Shown in pieces: positions 15,960-23,779 of a DNA stretch of 47,606 nt. A program made the translations under genes and the position numbers. Every line of letters starts with the position of its first letter. Position 1 is the stretch's first letter. Location: the NCBI GenBank assembly GCA_963711735.1, contig CAVQFA010000001.1, forward strand, positions 1 through 47,606, in the 5' to 3' direction. Below the pieces are notes generated by a model. That model did no database searches. It was not told where the DNA came from and worked only from the letters and a program-made list of their open reading frames with translations. Source of the stretch: Candidatus Gottesmanbacteria bacterium (GTDB lineage: Bacteria > Patescibacteriota > Microgenomatia > UBA10105 > UBA927).

Positions 15960-17600
15960 ATGTTGTATGATACAGGCATGCAGAAAGTTGTGAAAAGCGA
16001 GATTCTATGGATAACGCTTATCGCTTTGACCATGCTCGCACTCTCCATAGCTCCGCTTCTCATCCAGTGGAAAAATACCCCAAACAATGCGTACTTCATA
16101 CCGATTCATAACAGTATCAGCGATTATCCGTATTATGTAAGCATCATACGCGAGGGTATTGACGGGAGTCTGAAGGTATACGGACAGTATACAACCGAGG
16201 CGCAAAGCGGCGGATATGTTCATCTTTTTTATCTCATGCTTGGCTGGTTCGGCAAAGGTGTAGGGATTCACGACGCGCATGCCGTATATCTCAGTGCGCG
16301 CATCTTTTTCGGTATTTTGTGGGCACTCGTTATCTACCTGTTTGTGAGGATATTTACAGAGAAAAAGATAAACCGGATCATTACTTTTCTCATCGCACTT
16401 ACCTCGGCAAGCTTCCCTAACTTCACTTGGGTAAACGGAGGAGTTGATGTCCAATGGTACATGACATGGTGGTCTGAGTTAAATCCCATCATACGCTTCA
16501 CCTTTCTTCCGCATTACCTTTTGGGGCATATCCTTCTCACTCTCTCTGTCATATCCGTGTGGCAATTTGACCGGACAAAAAAAATATTCTGGTGGTTTCT
16601 GCTTGCATTATTGGGGTGGATTGCGGGATTTGTCCATCCGCCGAGTCTTATTATCCTGATTCCCGTAGTCCCTCTCTGGGCACTTCTTTGCCGGCGTTTC
16701 AGAACACTTCTCTGGAGCTCAGTTGCTCTCGGACTTGCATCTACTTCACTTCTTCTTCTCAAAGGAATGATTTCCCGGTTTCCGTGGAATCTGGCTTTAC
16801 CATATGAACAAACGATATGGTATGCACCAACCCCGGAATATCTTCTGGCACTTGGCCCTGTTTTTGTTCTTGCAATTATGGGTCTTATCGCGGGATGGAA
16901 AAAAAGGGAAACGATACTTCTTGCTCTTTGGGCAGGAATATCAATTATGCTTCTGGACCGGATAGGGATGCTTAAATACAGTCCAAACGCACTCCTGAGG
17001 GAACTGTCTGTTTCCAATATCAGATTTTTACAGATGGCTCCGTGGATACCGATGTCGATACTCGCATCGAAATTCATCGCATATTTAAGCACAATCCGGT
17101 TCGGGCGCATCATTTCCGCAGCGTTCATCGGCGCATATCTGATAATTACATTTATCGGATACCCGTCATCCCTCAAAGAGCAAGTTGCGAATGTATTTAT
17201 GGATGAGCGCTTTGTATACCCGTCCCGCGGATGGATAAGTGCAATACAAGCACTGGACGGAATAACGAAACCAGGCGAGAACATACTCGCATTGCCTCTT
17301 GCCGGCCGGATGATTCCGACGTATACGAACAGGCGCGTGTACGTAAACAGTATTCATTCGTATACGAAAGATCTGGATAGAAAGCTTTCCCTGGTATGGA
17401 ATTTTTATCATGGCACGCTTCCTGTCTGTGACGGATATCATCTCGTAAAAGATAACGGAATAACTGCAGTGTTTGAAGGATACGATGAAAAGGATCAGGG
17501 GAACGCCGCTATCGGGTATCCGTTCCTCGCGCTTGTGCGGTCATTTGACACAACGAATGTGTACCGCTTCACGGATGTGAAACCGGCAGGGTGTAAGTAG
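15960..17600 (+). CDS. Polytopic integral membrane protein (546 aa), possibly a GT-C-like glycosyltransferase.
   Basis: ATG-initiated ORF, strongly hydrophobic throughout, with a soluble C-terminal ~120 aa. An intact mirror paralogue lies at 29697-31337, and the substitutions between them are mostly conservative (I/V, K/R). Confidence 0.8.
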   Translation: MLYDTGMQKVVKSEILWITLIALTMLALSIAPLLIQWKNTPNNAYFIPIHNSISDYPYYVSIIREGIDGSLKVYGQYTTEAQSGGYVHLFYLMLGWFGKGVGIHDAHAVYLSARIFFGILWALVIYLFVRIFTEKKINRIITFLIALTSASFPNFTWVNGGVDVQWYMTWWSELNPIIRFTFLPHYLLGHILLTLSVISVWQFDRTKKIFWWFLLALLGWIAGFVHPPSLIILIPVVPLWALLCRRFRTLLWSSVALGLASTSLLLLKGMISRFPWNLALPYEQTIWYAPTPEYLLALGPVFVLAIMGLIAGWKKRETILLALWAGISIMLLDRIGMLKYSPNALLRELSVSNIRFLQMAPWIPMSILASKFIAYLSTIRFGRIISAAFIGAYLIITFIGYPSSLKEQVANVFMDERFVYPSRGWISAIQALDGITKPGENILALPLAGRMIPTYTNRRVYVNSIHSYTKDLDRKLSLVWNFYHGTLPVCDGYHLVKDNGITAVFEGYDEKDQGNAAIGYPFLALVRSFDTTNVYRFTDVKPAGCK

Positions 17601-17685
17601 AAGATGTGAGCGGTCGGTTATTACGTTGTACGCTGTAGGTTGTGTGTTGTAGCGAAATGGGAAGGTGGTTATGTTGTGAGAATAA

Positions 17686-18441
17686 TTACTGTGCAGGGGA
17701 GGATACTATAGTCGGAACAATGGGATTTGTCGATTTGCCCCATGCAAATGAGTCGATGATCCGTGAAAATACATCTGCGTCTATGGGACCGTTTCCGAAA
17801 CGTACCATCAGTTCAGGACGACCCGGTATTTCGAAAAAGACATCATCGTTTGGCGTCTGGTTGGCGTGATTGAGATATTTTGCTTTATATCCTTTCATAC
17901 CCTTAGCGTTAACAAACTCCTCTACGGATTTGACACCTTTGAGTCCTCCTGTATACTGCGTCCACCAATTTTTCACGTATTCGATTTTTGGCTTCTCTAT
18001 GTATTGGGCCATGGAAGGCTCGATTTTGTTTATATCCGACACGCGGAAAATGATGATATTTTGCGGTGGAATTCCGTTAAAGCCAAATCCTATGGAGTCT
18101 GTCTGGTCACCGGGAAACAGCGTAAGTTTCATGGTTTCCGGATAAGAAAACGTGAAGGGGTACACTTTGCCTTTATGTTCTACCCAGGGTGTTGTCGGCG
18201 AAACGGTGAACGTTTTGGAAATGGTAACAGGTGCCTGCGTAGGTTGTGGGGACAGGGAAGGACCGAGGTAGGTAGTCCCGCCGGGAAGCACGATTGCCGT
18301 TGCGCGCTTTTTAGAATACTGGTACGCGCCGATTGTGATTGCAGAAAGAAGAATCACAGCTACGGACACGGCAATCACTATTTTCGGAAGATTTTTTTCA
18401 TCCGGGATAAGCGGTTCCAGAATATCATCTGTTTCACTCAT
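17686..18441 (-). CDS. N-terminally membrane-anchored (type II-like) protein of unknown function (251 aa).
   Basis: ATG start. One TM (KIVIAVSVAVILLSAITIGAY) follows a short acidic N-terminus, then a Pro/Thr-rich linker and a ~180-aa soluble domain. The mirror copy at 28854-29610 is frameshifted inside the TM. Confidence 0.75.
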   Translation of the reverse strand: MSETDDILEPLIPDEKNLPKIVIAVSVAVILLSAITIGAYQYSKKRATAIVLPGGTTYLGPSLSPQPTQAPVTISKTFTVSPTTPWVEHKGKVYPFTFSYPETMKLTLFPGDQTDSIGFGFNGIPPQNIIIFRVSDINKIEPSMAQYIEKPKIEYVKNWWTQYTGGLKGVKSVEEFVNAKGMKGYKAKYLNHANQTPNDDVFFEIPGRPELMVRFGNGPIDADVFSRIIDSFAWGKSTNPIVPTIVSSPAQ

Positions 18442-18488
18442 GGCAATAGACTAGCAAAAAGCGGGGAAAGTGTAAAGCATTAGGATCG

Positions 18489-18510
18489 ATTTACGAGATT
18501 CTATTTACGA
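18489..18510 (-). promoter_or_regulatory. Pair of TCGTAAAT motifs (minus strand) 14 nt apart. The proximal one ends 47 nt upstream of the 251-aa gene ATG.
   Basis: atttacga occurs at 18489-18496 and 18503-18510. The mirror pair lies at 28785-28792 (tcgtaaat) and 28799-28806 (tcgcaaat), 47 nt from the ATG at 28854. Confidence 0.35.
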
Positions 18511-18547
18511 ATTAAGAAAAAAACAATAAAAGAAAGAAGAAAGTTAC

Positions 18548-20257
18548 TTAGCGGACGAGTTTGAGGGTGAATTCCGAAATGGTGTCAGGAATAGTAAAAG
18601 AATAGGTTCCCGCGGAGAGCGGAACTTTTTGGGAATACATCTTCCCGTCAATTGTGACGGAATTGCCCTCGGGAACAGTTGCCAGGGTAAATGTTTCTCC
18701 TATCGGGATTGTCAGTGTTGCGGTTGCATCACCGAGCACCCTGTTGTCGGCGTCTGCCTGGAAGCATGATCCGTTATAACACAGGAATTTAACTCCGAGC
18801 GGATAGATTTTCCAGTTTTTGGCAGAAGGCAGATAGTTTTTTTTCAAAAAATCGAGGTCAGCAACTCTCGGTTGCCAGAGGGACATACCGGTCCTGTCAA
18901 GTATTATAAATTTCGTTTTTGTGGCTATAAGCGATTCGCGGAGCGTCGGAACTTTTCTGGAAAGATTATCGACAAATTCCTGGTACGGATGGCAGCAGAT
19001 GAAATACCCGTCGGGACGGAATACGTAGGAACCGACCATATCATAAACAGACTCACCACTTCGTATCATGGGCAAATCCGCAATGACACTCATCTGCTCG
19101 GTATTTGCCATCCCCGGAGATACGCGGAGTAGGTACTGTTGGGTAAACGATGTACCCAAAAGGAGAGCAAGTACTCCGTAACTTAGGATCATGATTCCAA
19201 TACCGAACTTCGGAACATGGAGTGTACCCGCAAGACGTATCAATGCGCGGATACAGTATATGTATAAATATGCGGAAAGAAATGCAGCAAACACGGAAAG
19301 CGGAAAGAAATACTGCAGATACGGAGCAGGAAAAAGAAAGAGAAATAGGATACCGGCTGCGAAGTATAGGAGGAAAAAAACACCGAATGCGGGTTTTTTT
19401 ATAAAGTAGAGGATTAAACCGGCAAGAGCGGTTATCCATATGCCGGTATTTACATACCACGGCAGGCTTGGTCCTCCCTCAGCCATATAAACAAGAGGCC
19501 ACGGGGAGAGTGCTTTCCACGGGGAAAACGGTGATTTTCCGGCATTCACCGCAACGGAATCACGTGTGATTGCAAGAAATGCATCCTGTAAAATACCATG
19601 AGAGACAAGATACACCATAAGGATGATGGCGGGTATGAGAGCGCCTAACAGAAACAGAACGATATTTTTCGGCCGCAGTATCTGTTTTGTCAGCATAAAA
19701 AGGTACAACAGTGCAGGGATCGCAAAAAGAATTTTCGGTAACATGAGAAATCCAAGTGATATGCTTGCTCCTCCCAACACAAGAAGAAGCGGTGTGAGGG
19801 GTTTGCTGTTTATGGCTATATATACAGGGATGAGGTAGAGAAGCATCATGAGGGTATCCGGCCGGATGTCTATGGTTTTATCAAATGTCATAGGGAAGGT
19901 GAGGAAAATTACGGCAGCAAGTATGGCGGTTGTTTTATCCGCAAATTTCCTGGAAAGCATGTAGATGAGAAATGTAACAGCAAGGTATGTGACAAGCTGG
20001 GACAAACGGGCGATAAGGAGTACATACCCTCCCGGCGGAAGGAGAAAAATGGGAATTTGTATCCACTGGAAAAACGGAGTTATGTAGAAAAAAAAGTCGC
20101 GGTACGGAATTTTCCCACTCGCCATAAGCCATACCCAGTGCATGTGGGAAAATTCGTCATTATCAAAATACCGGATGAGTGCGGTGTGGATTCTGGCTGC
20201 AATAATAAGGACTATGGCAACTTTTGTAAATATATTTCCGTTTACGATCCGCTTCAT
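18548..20257 (-). CDS. ArnT/PMT-like (GT39/GT83-type, GT-C fold) membrane glycosyltransferase-like protein.
   Basis: Long ORF. The first loop, RYFDNDEFSHMHWVWLMASGKIPYRDFFFYITP, resembles the acidic DE motif and G-x-x-P-Y-x-D of the ArnT/PMT_2 family. About 12 hydrophobic segments follow, then a soluble C-terminal ~170 aa. I placed the start at the ATG at 20257 (MKRIVNG); the track uses the TTG at 20290. Confidence 0.75.
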   Translation of the reverse strand: MKRIVNGNIFTKVAIVLIIAARIHTALIRYFDNDEFSHMHWVWLMASGKIPYRDFFFYITPFFQWIQIPIFLLPPGGYVLLIARLSQLVTYLAVTFLIYMLSRKFADKTTAILAAVIFLTFPMTFDKTIDIRPDTLMMLLYLIPVYIAINSKPLTPLLLVLGGASISLGFLMLPKILFAIPALLYLFMLTKQILRPKNIVLFLLGALIPAIILMVYLVSHGILQDAFLAITRDSVAVNAGKSPFSPWKALSPWPLVYMAEGGPSLPWYVNTGIWITALAGLILYFIKKPAFGVFFLLYFAAGILFLFLFPAPYLQYFFPLSVFAAFLSAYLYIYCIRALIRLAGTLHVPKFGIGIMILSYGVLALLLGTSFTQQYLLRVSPGMANTEQMSVIADLPMIRSGESVYDMVGSYVFRPDGYFICCHPYQEFVDNLSRKVPTLRESLIATKTKFIILDRTGMSLWQPRVADLDFLKKNYLPSAKNWKIYPLGVKFLCYNGSCFQADADNRVLGDATATLTIPIGETFTLATVPEGNSVTIDGKMYSQKVPLSAGTYSFTIPDTISEFTLKLVR

Positions 20258-20413
20258 ACACCCGTATGCTAGGGGATTTGTACCGCGCAATCAAGGGGAA
20301 CCACATACAACACCAAAACACACCTACTCCCGATTACCTGCCGGTTGGCGGATGCAAAGTGGTGCAGGAATGATATACTCATTGTGCACTGAAGTGCAAC
20401 TTCGTTGAATGAG

Positions 20414-20480
20414 TATAGACCCATCTAATCAGATTTTTCGCTTATGAAAGCTGCAAATCTGAGTAAGATGGGTATATATA
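20414..20480. repeat. Hairpin element, family member A. The arms resemble those of the palindrome-axis element.
   Basis: Sequence: tatagacccatctaatcagattt-loop-aaatctgagtaagatgggtatatata. It is the mirror of copy C (26808-26874). It lies in the divergent spacer between the 580-aa gene and the 534-aa homologue, next to a second hairpin (atactcatt 20375-20383 / aatgagtat 20408-20416). Confidence 0.7.
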
Positions 20481-20490
20481 CTTGGGATAT

Positions 20491-22090
20491 ATGAAATTAA
20501 ATAAAGACTTTATCATTGTTTTTTGCGTATCTTTCGTTGTAACCGTTGCCAGTCTTTACCAGACACTTTTATATATAAAAGTTACCCCCGAAGGTTTCGT
20601 GTATCCTTTAGTCCACAACTTCGAAGCAGACTACTACTGGTATTTGTCCCTTATAAGACAGGGGTGGGAGGGAAATATTCTTCTTACTTCCCGTTATACT
20701 CCGGAAATATTTTCACCCCAGTTTGTTAACACATTTTTTTCCGTGGCCGGAATGCTTGCACATACGCCCGGATTTTCTCTTCCACTTATATATACAATAC
20801 TTCGGGTTTTCGGGGGGGTAGCGGTATTTCTCATAACATATACGCTCCTTCAAATCCTTAAATTATCCCTCCGGCAGAGAATGTGTGCGTTTGCGCTTGT
20901 CATTCTCTCAACACCGTTTTGGTTTCTCACAAACGGCATTTTTCGTCAGGCGGGGAATTCTGGACGGGATTTGATCCGATACTCCGGATCACGTGGCTTC
21001 CTCATCATACATTTGCGCTTGCATCCGCAATCGGGAGTATTATAGTTTTCTCCCTGGGTTTTGCCCGGCAAAACTACCGGCATTTGATCTTCGCGGGACT
21101 CGTTATGGCTCTTACCGTATGGGTAAATCCGGCAAGCGCAATCATATTTCTTGCCGCGACAGTACTCGGAATGACCATAACCTTTATTCAAAAAATTAAT
21201 TTCGTAAGGAAACACGTAATGAAACTATTAACCGGAGCACTTGTATTTTTGGCAATTTCCGGTGTCCCGTTTCTTCTTCTATACACTGTCCAGAACAGTA
21301 CATTTCCGTGGACCGCTTTCAGGGATTGGGAGCAATTCCAGCAGTTATCCAATTGACGCGCTTGGGTATCTGAAGGTTCGTCGGAATAACGGGAACATTC
21401 TTGCAATTCCGGCATTTGGTTTGCCGCTAGGAAAAAAGAATTATTGTGGAATATCATCAGCCGGATGGTATGCAGTTCCGTTTATCGGACTTGCAATACT
21501 CTCAAAAGTATTGCCCCTATCCAACGGCAGATATCTGCAGGGAGGAGGATACATTCCCGCAGCAATTCTTACCACGCTTACCATATGGGAAATAGGATAC
21601 TATCTGCAAAAACGTTTACGCAAACAGGTATTCATACTGATTAGTATGTGCAACACTCGCGGCTTTTTCGTTTCCCTCGTTTGTTGCAAGTGTCGCCAGG
21701 CAGAATGTGTACGTGAGAAAAAATATGACCAACTCCCTTATTATGATTCCCCGGGATACCATGGACAGCATACAGTACCTGAGTGGCGTTTGCAGGGCAA
21801 ACGACGTGGTAATTGCTCCGATGGATGTTTCTACAATGATTCCTGCTTTCACATCATGTAAAACATTAGCCGGTCATCCGACGTTCACGTATAACAGTCC
21901 GCAAAAAGCAAAAGATATGGGCTTGTTCTACTGGACCGGGGATTTACGGGTGCGGAAACAGATCCTGGAAAAATACGGCGTACGGTTTGTCATTATACCT
22001 TCGTGGATGACACGGGCAGAGGAGTTGAAAGAGATGGGATACATAATCCGGAAGGTGAATGGAACTATGCGTATAGCAATGAGGAAGTAA
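20491..22090 (+). pseudogene. Multi-frameshift pseudogene of the 534-aa polytopic membrane protein, which is intact at 25202-26797.
   Basis: Homology to the intact copy runs through four overlapping ORFs in different frames: 20482-21045, 20883-21356, 21241-21861 and 21707-22090. Shifts fall near 20950, 21345 and 21640, and a scrambled stretch at 21375-21470 reads LKVRRNNGNILAIPAFGLPLGKKNYCGISSAGWY against LKVLGIAGILAIPGIWFAIRKKELLWNIIAGWY. Confidence 0.75.
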
Positions 22091-22099
22091 GATTTGCGT

Positions 22100-22936
22100 T
22101 TAATGAATTTTGAATTTGATCGATTTAATCAATGCATAGAGTGTCCAGACTGAAACGGAAATAATAACCGGCATAACCGGCGCTGACAGCCGAGCAAAAT
22201 CCTCATACCCCAGAAGCAGAGAGGTGAATAGCAGAAGAAAGGAAGATGTAAAAAGTATTCCTTCGTATATTGATATGTTATACGGCATCCCTTTATGTTT
22301 AATATACGAAGTGAGCAGGGTTATACCTCCCGATATTATACGGACTGCCGTTAACAGAAAGAGAATCATAATAATTCCCTGTATGGTGCGGGAAACGGTC
22401 TGCCCAACTTTAAGAAAAGTTGCAAACGGACGGTTTTTCTCCGACGGCTGGGTAATTTCCGGAGACAGAGACAAAAATGCATTGGGATAGTCTTTCAGTG
22501 TGCTGATCGCGTACGGTACAGGTTCTTTTCTCATGATGGTTTGCACAAATCCCTGAAGTTCTACAAGGTGGGCAGAATCCATATGAATCAACGGATCTAT
22601 TTCCTTAATAAATTTAAAGGGGTTCATTTCCTTATCAACACGTTTAAACTCCGTTAAACCGTTATAGAAAAACGGATACATCTGACCTCCTTCAATGGGA
22701 ATGTTGTCTTTCATAATACGACCCAATATACCTATGTCTCTCTGTATCTGGAATGCACGGATACCATGCAGGCGTCCGTTTCCGTAAGTCCATATAAAAA
22801 CCGGACTAAGGGAAATAACCAGGAACAGAAACCCTCCGAGAATTCGGAGATATTTCTTCTTCACCGTACTTACAATAATGAGAATTGTTGTAAGGAACGG
22901 ACCAATAGGGGAAAGGGACGGACGCATCAAAGGCAT
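22100..22936 (-). CDS. C-terminal half (278 aa) of the split left-arm homologue of the 470-aa membrane protein.
   Basis: It starts MPLMRPSLSPIG, aligning with APLIRPSLSPIG in the middle of the intact 470-aa paralogue. Its ATG overlaps the stop of the upstream half within ATGCCTTTGA (22927-22936). Confidence 0.55.
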   Translation of the reverse strand: MPLMRPSLSPIGPFLTTILIIVSTVKKKYLRILGGFLFLVISLSPVFIWTYGNGRLHGIRAFQIQRDIGILGRIMKDNIPIEGGQMYPFFYNGLTEFKRVDKEMNPFKFIKEIDPLIHMDSAHLVELQGFVQTIMRKEPVPYAISTLKDYPNAFLSLSPEITQPSEKNRPFATFLKVGQTVSRTIQGIIMILFLLTAVRIISGGITLLTSYIKHKGMPYNISIYEGILFTSSFLLLFTSLLLGYEDFARLSAPVMPVIISVSVWTLYALIKSIKFKIH

Positions 22937-23502
22937 GAGAAAGAGAAGGAGGAAAAGATGAAATAAGTAAAAAATGAAGAGGGAGAAAGGATATGGGATG
23001 AAAGAAAATATTTGTATATCCGGAAGAACGTGAGAGTCAGAAGAAGAACGGTAAATCCTGCAATACTTTCAGTCAGAAGCGTCCGTTCCCATGGAATTGT
23101 CATGAGGTTCGTGCCTGTCAGAAACGTACTTATCCAGATGACCAGGCGCGGTGCATTAACGATCTCGAGTATCCGGTACAGGAATATAACAGAAATGACA
23201 CCTGCCTGGAGAAACATGAGGAAATCCGCACCTCTCCCGAAGGCGGGAGAGGCAATCGGCGAATTGAAAGCGCCACTGAGGGCCATACTGGTATTTACGA
23301 TAATCGGGTATATCGGGGTGCGGTACGGGTTGATAATAGATGCAAGCGACGGATTCAGACCAATCGAAATTCCGTTTTGGTAGTATTCGTAACCATCCTG
23401 CGGAAGCTTGATGTAAGGCTGGTTTACAGATAAAGCGTACCGGATGAAAACGGATGCAATCAGTATTGCGATAAGCGGCAGAATGTGTCGCAAGGATTTC
23501 AT
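22927..23502 (-). CDS. N-terminal half of the split left-arm homologue of the 470-aa membrane protein.
   Basis: MKSLRHILPLIAILIASVFIRYAL.. aligns with MKYLRHLLPLITILIAAVFIRYAL.. of the 23780-25192 protein. The frame is lost in a low-complexity Ser/Phe/Leu linker. I placed the start at the ATG at 23502, which mirrors 23780; the track ORF extends to 23541. Confidence 0.55.
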   Translation of the reverse strand: MKSLRHILPLIAILIASVFIRYALSVNQPYIKLPQDGYEYYQNGISIGLNPSLASIINPYRTPIYPIIVNTSMALSGAFNSPIASPAFGRGADFLMFLQAGVISVIFLYRILEIVNAPRLVIWISTFLTGTNLMTIPWERTLLTESIAGFTVLLLTLTFFRIYKYFLSSHILSPSSFFTYFIFSSFSFSCL

Positions 23503-23539
23503 AAAGATACAAAGTTGATCTATTTTATGATTGACCTGC

Positions 23540-23742
23540 ATTATTTACAATCCTTCAGAAGACTGATATGAATGCCGAAAAACTACCCGTATGATAGTTT
23601 TCCGGTATATACCGATCTTACTTGGATTTGCCTCCGCCTGAAAAGGCGGAGAAAAATCTAATTAGATCGGTATATACCGGAAAACTATCATACGGGTAGT
23701 TTTTCGGCATTCATATCAGTCTTCTGAAGGATTGTAAATAAT
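23540..23742. repeat. Palindrome axis: perfect 79-nt inverted arms (23540-23618 and 23664-23742), a 45-nt spacer, and a nested hairpin CTCCGCC-tgaaaa-GGCGGAG (23632-23651).
   Basis: Direct reading shows attatttacaatccttcagaagactgatatgaatgccgaaaaactacccgtatgatagttttccggtatataccgatct and its exact reverse complement. The symmetry centre is 23641/23642. Confidence 0.95.
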
Positions 23743-23779
23743 CGAGGTCAATCATAAAATAGATCAACTTTGTCTCTTT

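Noticed and set aside
16514-17284. A 256-aa ORF antisense to the 546-aa membrane protein gene, with a 279-aa mirror at 29944-30783.
   Set aside because: Its conservation in both arms simply follows from the duplication. The predicted peptide is Arg/Ser-rich with no motif. The inter-arm substitutions are conservative in the sense-strand protein (I/V, K/R), as expected if the sense frame is the selected one. It is a shadow ORF.
23632-23651. The GC hairpin CTCCGCC-tgaaaa-GGCGGAG at the axis as a bidirectional intrinsic terminator.
   Set aside because: No T-run follows the stem on either strand (the plus strand continues aaaaatct, the minus strand gcaaatcc). Both flanking genes are transcribed away from it, so there is nothing to terminate.
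23540-23742. The axis as a hairpin-telomere or replicated-telomere (dimer junction) site of a linear replicon.
   Set aside because: A dimer junction would be flanked by identical arms, and I would expect a telomere resolvase nearby. The arms are diverged, and no resolvase-, recombinase- or replication-like ORF is visible.
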